Virus record (IMG/VR): IMGVR_UViG_3300046694_000315 | Span: 32,001 to 96,000 of that record | Strand: one strand, 5' to 3' | Source: a virus | Length of the DNA stretch: 64,000 nucleotides | Shown: positions 56,112 through 64,000 of the stretch, in pieces | Numbering within the stretch: the first letter of the stretch is position 1 | Layout of the letters: each line of letters starts with the position of its first letter | Position numbers and translations under genes: made by a program | The notes under the pieces: generated by a model | What the model was told of the DNA's origin: nothing | Database searches by the model: none | What the model saw: only the letters and a program-made list of their open reading frames with translations

Positions 56112-56760
56112 GGCGGTCTCCTCCGACGATCGTGAGGTGGGTGAAGGCCTCCTGGATGAAGGAGCCCATCGTGGGGTTGTAGACGGCGCCCCACTCCCGG
56201 GGCGGGAGGTTCGAGGTGACCAGGGTGGGCAGGGCCTCGCGGTGACGCTGGCGCAGGAGGGTGTCGAGCAGGCCTTCGGCGTAGCCGGTCTTGGTGCGGT
56301 GCTCCTTGCCGACGTCGTCCAGGAGGAGGACGGGGGCCTTCTCGGCCGCCACGATCTTGTCCTGGATCTCCCACCAGCGGGCGACGGCTTCGGGCTCGTG
56401 CCGGTCCTGGAGGCCCATCTTCTCGATGGAGTCCTTCACGAAGTCGGCGTAGGCCAGCCAGTGGACCGGCAGGCGCTTCTCGAAGTAGACCTCCAGCAGG
56501 GTGGCCGTGGCCAGGGAGGTCTTGCCGGTGCCGGGAGGGCCGACGAACAGCAGGCCCTTGCCGATCTGGGACCAGTCCTCGGGGTACTGGTCGAGCGGGC
56601 GCTTGTCGGTGACGTAGTGGTCGCGCAGGTTGTCGAGCCAGGTCTGGCAGGCGGCGCGCGGCGCGGCGTCCGCCACGGTATGAAGCCGCAGGTGGCGGTA
56701 GTGCGCCGGGATGCCGTACTCCTTCAGGCGCAGGGCGTGGACCCGGGGGTCTGTCGCCAT
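56101..56760 (-). CDS. DnaC/IstB-like AAA+ helicase loader
   Basis: GPPGTGKT, LLLDDVGKE, R..PTLVTSN. Confidence 0.88.
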   Translation of the reverse strand: MATDPRVHALRLKEYGIPAHYRHLRLHTVADAAPRAACQTWLDNLRDHYVTDKRPLDQYPEDWSQIGKGLLFVGPPGTGKTSLATATLLEVYFEKRLPVHWLAYADFVKDSIEKMGLQDRHEPEAVARWWEIQDKIVAAEKAPVLLLDDVGKEHRTKTGYAEGLLDTLLRQRHREALPTLVTSNLPPREWGAVYNPTMGSFIQEAFTHLTIVGGDRRAA

Positions 56761-56882
56761 GGTCGGTACCTCCTGTGGTGGTGGGTCAACGCTCAGCAGG
56801 CTACCACAGTTATTGCTTCTCGGATACGCCTTTGGAATGCGTAAGGGGCGGACCGCCGCAGCAGCCCGCCCCTTCGGGTCGG

Positions 56883-57866
56883 TCAGGACCAGTAGTCCTC
56901 GTTGAACCGGTTGTCCTCCATCGCACTGACGGCCTTGCCCAGTCGCTGGGTCAGCAGCCCACGGGCGGCCAGGAAGTCCTTCCAGGCGACCACGTTGTCC
57001 GAGCGCTGCCAGGACGACGACCAGTAGGTGATGATCATCTGGCGGATCTCGTCCCGCTCCGTGCCCTGTGCCATCCACCGGCCGAAGTTGCCGGTGAGGG
57101 CGGAGAGGTTGGTCGTGCCGGGTACCGGGTGGCCCACCTCCTGGGCCCTCTTGTCGAAGAACAGGGCCAGTTCCTCTGACGGCCGCGTGGAGCGCTTCCT
57201 GGGAGGTCGCTGGACCGGAGGGGCCGGGATGTCCTGCGAGGCCGGGAGATCGCCGTAGAGACTGAACGACGGGGCGCTCTCCTCCAGGGACTGGGAGACC
57301 ACGAACGCCGGGTCGAGTTCCCTCTCCGCCTGAGCCTGCTCTTCGGCCACCTGCTTCCGGGACTTCTTCCGGCCGCCACGCTTGGGTGCCGCGACGGCCC
57401 CCCAGCCCTTGGCTCCTGGCCTGGTCACAGGTTCGTCTTGCAGGGCGTCGCCCTGGAGATACGAAGTATCTCTATTACTTCTAGTAGGGATATTGGGGTT
57501 GGGTGAAAACTTCGACACAGGGGGTGCAGATTCTGCACTGCTCAGGGGTGCAGAATCTGCACTCGGGGAGGTCACCGACCACTCCGCCACCGGCTTGATA
57601 CGCCGGACCACGGACTTGTAGCGCAGGGCTTCCACGGGCACCTCGTCGTCCGGCACGTGCTCGACGACCCCCTGCTCCTCCAGGGTCGCCAGCGAGGCGT
57701 ACGCCTGCCGCTTGGAGACGCGCGCCTTGCCCGCGATGGTGTCGGCGGACTCCCAGCACATGCGGTGGGTGTCGTTGGCGGCGTCGGCCAGCGCGAGCAG
57801 CACCAGGCGGGTGGCCAGGCGCGTGTCGGAGTACGAGAACACCTCGGACATGATCAGGATGCTCAC
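56883..57866 (-). CDS. Replication initiator with N-terminal winged HTH
   Basis: RLVLLALADAAN..CWES..IA...S.RQ; directly upstream of loader. Confidence 0.75.
   Translation of the reverse strand: MSILIMSEVFSYSDTRLATRLVLLALADAANDTHRMCWESADTIAGKARVSKRQAYASLATLEEQGVVEHVPDDEVPVEALRYKSVVRRIKPVAEWSVTSPSADSAPLSSAESAPPVSKFSPNPNIPTRSNRDTSYLQGDALQDEPVTRPGAKGWGAVAAPKRGGRKKSRKQVAEEQAQAERELDPAFVVSQSLEESAPSFSLYGDLPASQDIPAPPVQRPPRKRSTRPSEELALFFDKRAQEVGHPVPGTTNLSALTGNFGRWMAQGTERDEIRQMIITYWSSSWQRSDNVVAWKDFLAARGLLTQRLGKAVSAMEDNRFNEDYWS
57521..57563. repeat. Two palindromic direct repeats inside initiator gene (iteron-like)
   Basis: GGGGTGCAGATTCTGCACT (57521-57539) and GGGGTGCAGAATCTGCACT (57545-57563) next to an AT-rich tract. 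Confidence 0.7.
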
Positions 57867-57961
57867 TCGGCGACTCCGAGGAAGCGATAAGTATGAAGCG
57901 ATATCCCCATGCTAGGGTCTCTCTCATCTCGGGGTTTGTGGTGGGCCTCGGGGTGTGGTGG

Positions 57962-58021
57962 GCAAAGGCCCCCGGCAGTGGCTTGTAGGTCTTGAACCTC
58001 GCCAGCGCCGGGGGCCTTTGC
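57962..58021. terminator. Terminator hairpin
   Basis: GCAAAGGCCCCCGGC...GCCGGGGGCCTTTGC. Confidence 0.7.
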
Positions 58022-58026
58022 GTTAC

Positions 58027-59265
58027 TCACTCCGAGTCGAAGTCGAGGCCCTTCTCCTCGATCTCCGCCCGCGTCAACTGGACGACCTTCTGTCCGGCCG
58101 GGATCCGGCCACGGCCGCGACGGCTGTAGTTGCCCTCGTCGTCGACCAGGTAGGCGAACGTCTTGGTCTCGTCACGCGGACGGCCACGGCGACGGCGCGG
58201 GGTCGACTCCTCTTCCTCCTGCTCCTCGGCGGCCGGAGCCTCCGAGGCCTTCTCCTGCTGGGCGGCGTCGCCCAGGGTATGAAGCGCCTTTCGGAGCAGT
58301 TCGGTCAGCGGGCGCTCGCGCACGTCGGCCTGGTTGATGACCGCGTTGCGCTCGTCCTCCAGTCGGAAGGCGTTGTAGGCACCCTCCAAAGCGGCGCGCA
58401 CGAGGAGCAGGTCGATCTCCGTGTCCGGGACCGCCTTGGCGGCCTCCTGCTGCGCCTTGTGCTGCGCTCGGGCGACCTCCTGCTCCAGGCTCTCCTGGTT
58501 CTGGATGTCCTCCTCGACCGGGTCTGCCTCCGGCTCGGGCTCCGGCTGGGCCTTGCGGCGACCGCGACGCTTCGGCGCCTCCGGCTCGGGCTCCGGCTGC
58601 GGCTCCGGCTGCGCTTCCGGCTCGTCCTCCGTCAGCGGCTCCTCTTCCACCTCGACCGGCTCCGGCTCGGCACGGCGACCGCGACGGCGGCCACGCTTCG
58701 GCGCCTCCGGCTCGGGCTCCGGCTCGGGCTCGGGAGCGGCCTCGGCCTCGGGCTCGGGCTCGGGCTCGGGCTCGCTGGCGAAGGAGATGTCGTCGAGTCC
58801 GGCCGTGAGGTCCTTCGCCTTGATCCCGGCGGCCTCGGCCGCGTCCAGAAGGAGTTCGGCTTCCTCGCTGCCCTCGTCGCCCCACAGGAGGATGACGTGG
58901 GCGTCGCCGACGCTGTCGGCCTTCTTCAGCAGGTCGACGATCCCGGCGGTGACGTTGGCCGTGCGCACGACCTCCTCGGCGTCCTTGAGGATGGAGTCCA
59001 CGGCCCGGCTCTTCTCGCCGTCGGTGACCGCGATGAACGGGATGTCCGCGTACTCCGACCACTCCAGCACGGCCTCCAGGCCGTCGGACAGGTGCTTCTT
59101 GGTGATCGGCAGGATGAGGGTGACTTCCCGCTCGGTGGGCTCGGGGAAGCCGTCGGCGTCGTCCTCGCCCAGGCCGACGAAGTCGTTCAGCAGAGCCTTG
59201 ACGTTGTCGATGTCGGTGTCGGCGGAGCCAGCGAAGGCGAGGGCGATGGGGTCGGTGCTGCTCAA
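58027..59265 (-). CDS. Acidic protein with EP repeats and AT-hook/Lsr2-like motifs
   Basis: [25 protein letters not shown]; (EP)n tracts. Confidence 0.75.
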   Translation of the reverse strand: MSSTDPIALAFAGSADTDIDNVKALLNDFVGLGEDDADGFPEPTEREVTLILPITKKHLSDGLEAVLEWSEYADIPFIAVTDGEKSRAVDSILKDAEEVVRTANVTAGIVDLLKKADSVGDAHVILLWGDEGSEEAELLLDAAEAAGIKAKDLTAGLDDISFASEPEPEPEPEAEAAPEPEPEPEPEAPKRGRRRGRRAEPEPVEVEEEPLTEDEPEAQPEPQPEPEPEAPKRRGRRKAQPEPEPEADPVEEDIQNQESLEQEVARAQHKAQQEAAKAVPDTEIDLLLVRAALEGAYNAFRLEDERNAVINQADVRERPLTELLRKALHTLGDAAQQEKASEAPAAEEQEEEESTPRRRRGRPRDETKTFAYLVDDEGNYSRRGRGRIPAGQKVVQLTRAEIEEKGLDFDSE

Positions 59266-59386
59266 GTCTGCTCCAGGTGTGGTGTGTTTGCCGCCTTGAT
59301 CGGCGACGAGGAAGACGTTACCGGTTACGGCTTCTAAAAGCAAGAAATCCCCGCTTGTCTAGCGGAGATTTCAAGTGGCTTGACAA

Positions 59387-59671
59387 TCAGGGCAGGTCGG
59401 GGACCCTCCGGCCGGTGGACGGATGCCTGCGGGGAAGTCTCAGCGGCGGTGCCTCCGTCCCCCCGCGCACCTGGAGATGCAGCAGCGCCACCGCGCCCGC
59501 AGCCGCCACGGCGGCCAGCCACGGGACAGGCAGCCGCTGGGCCTCATAGGCCAGGCCGACCACAGCGAGCGGCTGGAGCCCGGCCGGAAGGGAGAAGGGC
59601 AGGACGACGAGCAGCCACTCCCACGCCGTGAACGTGGCGAGGGCGATCAGCGCGAAACGCAACCAGTCCAT
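59387..59671 (-). CDS. Small membrane protein
   Basis: Hydrophobic segments. Confidence 0.6.
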   Translation of the reverse strand: MDWLRFALIALATFTAWEWLLVVLPFSLPAGLQPLAVVGLAYEAQRLPVPWLAAVAAAGAVALLHLQVRGGTEAPPLRLPRRHPSTGRRVPDLP

Positions 59672-59674
59672 GGC

Positions 59675-60202
59675 TCAGACCGCCGACGCGGTGAGGTCGA
59701 TGGACTTCGACAAGGCGGCAGCCGGGCCCGGGACCTCGGCCACGTCCGCGACTGCCTGTGGCAGGGTGCGCCGCAGGACGGACTCCAGGGCCGTGACGAT
59801 CTGCTGGACGGCCTCTGCGCTCAAGGCGTTGCTGCTGGCCGGGACGACGGCGCTCTCCTCGACGTACTCCTCGACGGTCCCGGACGGGATATGAAGCCGG
59901 ATCTCCGCCTCCGCGATCAGCGTGTTCTGGAGCCGGGCGAACCAGGAGTACTTCTTCAGCAGCGAGTGGTAGAAGGTCGTGCCGGACACCCACGCCAGGA
60001 ACGCGGCGACGACGGCGGGCGCCCAGTAGAAGTGCTGGGGGTGCGCCTGGTAGACGGCCCAGAATCCGGTGGCAACCGCTAGGACGGCATGCGCCGCTCC
60101 CTTGACTGTGCTGTTGGTGGACGGCTTGGAGAACAGAGCGACCACGGCCGGTAGGCCCAGGCCGACGACGAGGGAGGACACGTCGGCGTAGTTGGTGAAC
60201 AT
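59675..60202 (-). CDS. Holin-like membrane protein
   Basis: About 3 N-terminal TM segments; after tail genes. Confidence 0.55.
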   Translation of the reverse strand: MFTNYADVSSLVVGLGLPAVVALFSKPSTNSTVKGAAHAVLAVATGFWAVYQAHPQHFYWAPAVVAAFLAWVSGTTFYHSLLKKYSWFARLQNTLIAEAEIRLHIPSGTVEEYVEESAVVPASSNALSAEAVQQIVTALESVLRRTLPQAVADVAEVPGPAAALSKSIDLTASAV

Positions 60203-60225
60203 GCTTGTCCTTTACGGGTTGGTGG

Positions 60226-61446
60226 TTACTGGGTGGGGAGTACGGCATATTGCGGAATCGCGGCACTGATTCCCAAAGGCGTATTCTCGTCGAGCAGTGT
60301 GCGGATGAGGTAACTCCGCTCGACCCGGTTCTCGTAGTAGTAGGAGCGGGTCAGGTTCGTCGTACCGCCGGTCTCCCACAGATAGTCCGCGCCCATGGAG
60401 CCGTCGAAGTAGTCCCGTACGGCCGCGCCCTCTTCGATCAGCACACCGTCGACCCAGAAGATGCTCGCCAGGCCCGGCGTCATCGTGCCGTGCAGAACGT
60501 TCATACCGAGGTACAGCGTGGACGTAGTCGGGGTGAAGGTGACCATCATCGTGCGCCAGCGCTTGTTGCCCGGGTCGATGGCGTTGGCTGCCTGCGCCCA
60601 CGTCTTGGAGGCGTGCTGAGTCGACCCGGCTCCTGCCCACGGTGCGATGGCCCCGCAGCCCTGCGCGATGGCCACCTTCGCCGAGAACGTGTACGTGCGG
60701 CCCGGGATCAGTCCGGACACCGGGAAGGCGATCCCCGAGTCAGCAGGAGCCCCCGCTGGGACCGTCACCTTGAGGGCCTGCGTGCCCTTCCAGCAGAAGG
60801 CGTCCGCCGCGAGGGTCGCCGTCCCGGTGGACCCGTACCCAGTGATGCCGGACTCGAAGTTGGGGTTGCTCGCGTAGTTGAGCCGGGTCGGCTTGATGAC
60901 GACCTGGATCGTGCGGGCGTTCTGGTAAGCGCTCGGACCGGTCGCGCCCAGGGGAAGCGGCTCGAACTGCACCGCGTCGAGGATCTGGTGCTTGTTCGCC
61001 GACATGCTGGTGAACTTGAACCCGACGGCCGCGTACGCCGCCCTCTTCCAGGCGTAGCCGCCACCGGATACGGGGTAGTCGGCCGGGCCGGTGAATGCGG
61101 CGTACTGGCGCGTGTAGGAGCCCGCAGCACCCGAGGTGAGTGCACCGCTGGTGATGCCGACGCGTGCCATGGCCGGGTCGACGCCGAGGTAGGGGTAGTG
61201 GGCGAAGTCCTTGAACGCTGCGGCCGGTGACTTGACGCCCGCCTTGAGATGACCCTGCACCACCACCTGCCCGGCCATCGGCCTGAGCGGCTTGGGGCGC
61301 GGGATCTTGATGGCGAGGCGGCCGTCGATCTTGACGTCGCCGTCCAGCCGGGGACCGTACGTCTTGAACTGCTTGATGACGATGCCACCGGAGACCCCGA
61401 AGACCGGCGCGAAGTCGTCGTCGTTGACGAAGGTGATGTTCGGCAT
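60226..61446 (-). CDS. Minor tail protein with carbohydrate-binding-like domain
   Basis: NYASNPNFES..GRTYTFSA..DGVLIEEG..YFDG. Confidence 0.7.
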   Translation of the reverse strand: MPNITFVNDDDFAPVFGVSGGIVIKQFKTYGPRLDGDVKIDGRLAIKIPRPKPLRPMAGQVVVQGHLKAGVKSPAAAFKDFAHYPYLGVDPAMARVGITSGALTSGAAGSYTRQYAAFTGPADYPVSGGGYAWKRAAYAAVGFKFTSMSANKHQILDAVQFEPLPLGATGPSAYQNARTIQVVIKPTRLNYASNPNFESGITGYGSTGTATLAADAFCWKGTQALKVTVPAGAPADSGIAFPVSGLIPGRTYTFSAKVAIAQGCGAIAPWAGAGSTQHASKTWAQAANAIDPGNKRWRTMMVTFTPTTSTLYLGMNVLHGTMTPGLASIFWVDGVLIEEGAAVRDYFDGSMGADYLWETGGTTNLTRSYYYENRVERSYLIRTLLDENTPLGISAAIPQYAVLPTQ

Positions 61447-63428
61447 CAGGTGACCGCCATTCCGACCTTGGTGGCAGTACTGAGAGTCGCGTCAGTGATC
61501 GAGAGCACCTGTGTTCCGTTCCTTTTCACGATGATGTTCGAGCCGGAGTAGGAGACCGTGACGCGGTCGCCGTCGGTGAAGGTCTGCGAGTACGGGAAGG
61601 TGGCTGCGACCGCACCGGAGGCGATGCGATACAGGGCGGTGCGCCCGGCTCGCCAGTAGTTGGTTGCGTCCTGGAGCCGGAAGACGACGCCCTGCTTGAG
61701 GGTGTTGCCGGGGTTGGTCAGGAACGTCGCCGACACCGTGCCGTCCGCGTGGCCGGGGATCGTGGCGATCGAGGCCGTGGCGCCGACCGGGTAGGCCGAG
61801 CCGCCCCCGTACCCACCGGAGGTCCACTGGCCCAGCGTCTCGGTCCAGGAGGCCGCACCGAGGTCCGTGGTGCGTGCGGTCCAGTCGGCCCAGCCCTGGG
61901 TGAAGGAGTCGAAGACGTTGTAGGCCGGGACCGCATCGGAGTACAGCGCGGTGATCAGGGCACCGTGGTCGTCGTAGTACTCGACGAACGGGTACACCGC
62001 GACCCGCTCGCCGGAGTAGGCCTGCGTGTAGCCGGACAGGCACATCTGGACACGCTCGTCGTACCCGAGCGGCTGCCACTGCGCGTTCGCGGTCGGGGTG
62101 TCCGGCGGGGTGACGTTGATGCTCGCCGTGAGGGCCTGGTACACGCGGCCGTGGAACACCACGAGGTCGCCGGGCTGGTAGTAGACGTCGTTGTCCCAGT
62201 CCTGGGAGGCGTACGGCAGCGGAATGCCGAACAGCACCGGCTGCTGCGGGTCCATCGTGGACTGCCCGGAGATGCGGCCTACCGAGCGCACGCCCATCGT
62301 GGCGACCGCGCTGCCGGAGTTGGTGTTGCGCACCCACAGGGCGTTCCCAGCGTTGTCGTCGGGGTTGGTCGGGTTCTGCACACCGATGCCCACCAGGACG
62401 CCGTTGGTTCCCGGGGTGACGCCTGCGGTGAAGGAGATCTCCTCCCACCCCGCCACGTGCCCGTTGCTGTCCACCAGCGTGGTGTCGGTGCCGTAGGTGA
62501 CCGAGTTCCAGTAGGTGTTGTTCGCGGCCGTGCCGGAGGGCTTCTGCGCCGTGCCATAGGCGCCGCTGCTGTTGGCCTTGTAGAGGTAGGTGCCGAACGC
62601 GACGATCTCCCCCGAGGCGTAGTTCACCCCGGAGTCCCACTGCGGGAAGGTGGGGTGGTCGAAGTCGGCCTGGTCGTCGGAGAGCATGAGGTTGCCGCCC
62701 AGACGCAGGTCGGCGTCGTAGCCGGTGGTCTCGGAGATGATCGAGCGGATCTGCTCCAGGGTGCCCTTCTGCCGCCCGAGGGTGGCTGCGTCCCGCACGC
62801 GCTGGCGGAAGAGGTAGGCCGGGGTGGACGCCTCGTACTGGATCCCGAACTGCTCGGCGATCTGCGCGACGCTCTCGTAGCGCGTGCGCATGGCGTCGTT
62901 GGTGTACCGGTTGGAGTCGTAGTAGCTCTTCACCATGTCGAAGCCGAAGCCGAAGATGGCGAGGAACGGGGCCAGGTAGGGGTTGAGCGTGTTGGAGTCG
63001 TCGGTGACGTTGTTGCCGGGGGCGACGTCGACCTTGTAGTAGTCCGGGACCAGCGAGTACAGCAGGTCGGCGTAGCCGTTGTCCTTCGGCATGAGGGTCG
63101 AGACGGTACCTGCGCGGCTCCACCGGCCGGAGGCCTTGATGAAGACGGTGTAGTACAGCCAGTGTCCACCGACAACTCCCTTGTCGATGAAGGAAGTTGC
63201 GGTGTGCGTCTGGTCGAGGAGGATCTCGCCGTCGTTCTCGTTGACCGCCCAGCCGTAGCGGTTGCGGATCAGCCGCAGGGTGTCCCACGTTCCGGCCGGG
63301 GCCTTCCAGTCCAGGAGCACGGTGGAGTAGTCCACGGGCGTGGCTGTGAACGGGCTGACGTCGAACTCGGGATGGATGTCCGTCCCGTACTTCGAGAGCC
63401 CGTAGAAGGAGATGCCGTAGGTTCCCAC
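61446..63428 (-). CDS. Tail/baseplate protein with two CBM5/12-like repeats
   Basis: KGTLEQIR..TG (P2 gpI-like); WDSGVNYASGEIV..YKA and WDNDVYYQPGDLV..YQA. Confidence 0.7.
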   Translation of the reverse strand: MGTYGISFYGLSKYGTDIHPEFDVSPFTATPVDYSTVLLDWKAPAGTWDTLRLIRNRYGWAVNENDGEILLDQTHTATSFIDKGVVGGHWLYYTVFIKASGRWSRAGTVSTLMPKDNGYADLLYSLVPDYYKVDVAPGNNVTDDSNTLNPYLAPFLAIFGFGFDMVKSYYDSNRYTNDAMRTRYESVAQIAEQFGIQYEASTPAYLFRQRVRDAATLGRQKGTLEQIRSIISETTGYDADLRLGGNLMLSDDQADFDHPTFPQWDSGVNYASGEIVAFGTYLYKANSSGAYGTAQKPSGTAANNTYWNSVTYGTDTTLVDSNGHVAGWEEISFTAGVTPGTNGVLVGIGVQNPTNPDDNAGNALWVRNTNSGSAVATMGVRSVGRISGQSTMDPQQPVLFGIPLPYASQDWDNDVYYQPGDLVVFHGRVYQALTASINVTPPDTPTANAQWQPLGYDERVQMCLSGYTQAYSGERVAVYPFVEYYDDHGALITALYSDAVPAYNVFDSFTQGWADWTARTTDLGAASWTETLGQWTSGGYGGGSAYPVGATASIATIPGHADGTVSATFLTNPGNTLKQGVVFRLQDATNYWRAGRTALYRIASGAVAATFPYSQTFTDGDRVTVSYSGSNIIVKRNGTQVLSITDATLSTATKVGMAVT

Positions 63429-63431
63429 TGC

Positions 63432-64000
63432 TTACGCCTCCCGCAGCATCGCGGCGCTCAGTTGCAGGCTCTGAAGCGACAGCGTCTTGCCCGTGAGGGG
63501 GTGGTAGACGGACAGGTCGATGGCCTTGCCTGCGGTGACCCAGCCCTGCCAGCCGATGTGCATGTGGCTGTTGCCGTCGGAGATCGGCGGGAGGTCCTGA
63601 GACATGACCGTCGAGCCGCCGACGGCGATGTTGATCTGCCGGTCGGCGCCGGTCGCGAGGGAGCCCTTGGCGTTGTACCAGAGCACGCGGCCGAAGACGA
63701 TCCACCAGCCGGAGCGGTTGGCGGTGATCGAGTGCCCGTTGAACAGTCCCTCCGGGTCGAAGGACGCGGCTGGTCTGGCGAAGGAGATCACCTTGGTGGC
63801 GTCGCCCTTGACGGTGTCGGCGGACTTGGAGAGGTAACAGGCCGGTATGCCCTTGCCACGCTGCACCGCGTCGAGGCGGGTGGCGACGGAGGCCCAGGTG
63901 TTGGTCTTCATCTTCAGCGCGGTGTCCTGGTGCGGGTTGATGCCCAGGGTCTGCTGAATCGCCACGACCTCGTCCTGGAGGTTGTTCACGTGGCTGGCGT
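63432..64000 (-). CDS. Tail-associated protein (5' end outside window)
   Basis: ASHVNNLQDEVVAIQ..LG..P; open at window edge. Confidence 0.65.
   Translation of the reverse strand, partial: ASHVNNLQDEVVAIQQTLGINPHQDTALKMKTNTWASVATRLDAVQRGKGIPACYLSKSADTVKGDATKVISFARPAASFDPEGLFNGHSITANRSGWWIVFGRVLWYNAKGSLATGADRQINIAVGGSTVMSQDLPPISDGNSHMHIGWQGWVTAGKAIDLSVYHPLTGKTLSLQSLQLSAAMLREA

Larger units (their letters stand above)
1011..59897 (+). repeat. Dispersed oriented motif (G)GTATGAAG, about 32 copies
   Basis: 10-mers starting at 1011, 2467, 4765, 5940, 14908, 24454, 25974, 26618, 28443, 30028, 31033, 31650, 32915, 36263, 38200, 40979, 41423, 42610, 43654, 44497, 47950, 48735, 49477, 50394, 52936, 53318, 55163, 55896, 56677, 57890, 58276, 59888. 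Confidence 0.9.

Noticed and set aside
56101-56760. IstB-like ATPase as an IS21 element
   Set aside because: There is no IstA or terminal inverted repeats, and it sits between the initiator and DnaB, so it is a helicase loader.
58530-58775. (CTCGGG)n-type tandem repeats
   Set aside because: Explained by Glu-Pro coding repeats.
1011-59897. TATGAA as an antisense -10 promoter element
   Set aside because: It lacks the conserved final T of TANNNT and I saw no consistent -35 element. It is not fully excluded for a non-host sigma factor.
651-61230. Many long plus-strand ORFs (e.g. 1396-3174, 14950-16884, 43312-45153, 45805-48033)
   Set aside because: They are antisense shadows of minus-strand genes, typical of high-GC DNA, with no RBS or motifs.
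61492-63705. 737-aa alternative-frame minus ORF
   Set aside because: Arg/Pro-rich off-frame shadow of the tail genes.
1-64000. tRNA, rRNA genes and CRISPR arrays
   Set aside because: No cloverleaf/T-loop signatures or regularly spaced repeats were noticed by eye; tRNAscan-SE was not run.

Overview
A 64-kb segment of a large, high-GC actinobacteriophage or prophage, most likely Streptomyces-infecting (WhiB, HrdB-type promoters, GGAGG RBS). Almost all genes lie on the minus strand. Left to right: (i) RNA-repair and accessory genes (PNK/phosphatase, RNA ligase, nucleotidyltransferase); (ii) a ~20-kb early/host-takeover-like region of small genes with repeated TTGACA-N16-18-TANNNT promoters, a conserved ACCAACCGCCCCACACCAGGAGG leader and repeated terminators; (iii) a block with TGT/DpdA-like, HAD-like, ParB-like, nucleotidyltransferase, lytic transglycosylase, CHAP endolysin, glycosylase-like and SpoVS-like genes; (iv) nucleotide metabolism, recombination and replication genes (EndoVII, dNMP kinase, ThyX, second RNA ligase, Cas4-like, WhiB, RecA, SNase, class II RNR, Pol A, SSB, SNF2 helicase, primase, DnaB, DnaC-like loader, HTH initiator with internal repeats); (v) holin-like and tail genes. 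The strongest unexplained signal is a strictly oriented motif, (G)GTATGAAG on + (CTTCATAC on the coding strand). I counted about 32 copies by eye. 29 are inside genes, all in one frame as the rare codons CTT-CAT (Leu-His-Thr/Ile/Met), and the motif is nearly absent from the early region. All product calls come from recalled protein motifs, not database searches. Many start codons were re-chosen by RBS or gene overlap.
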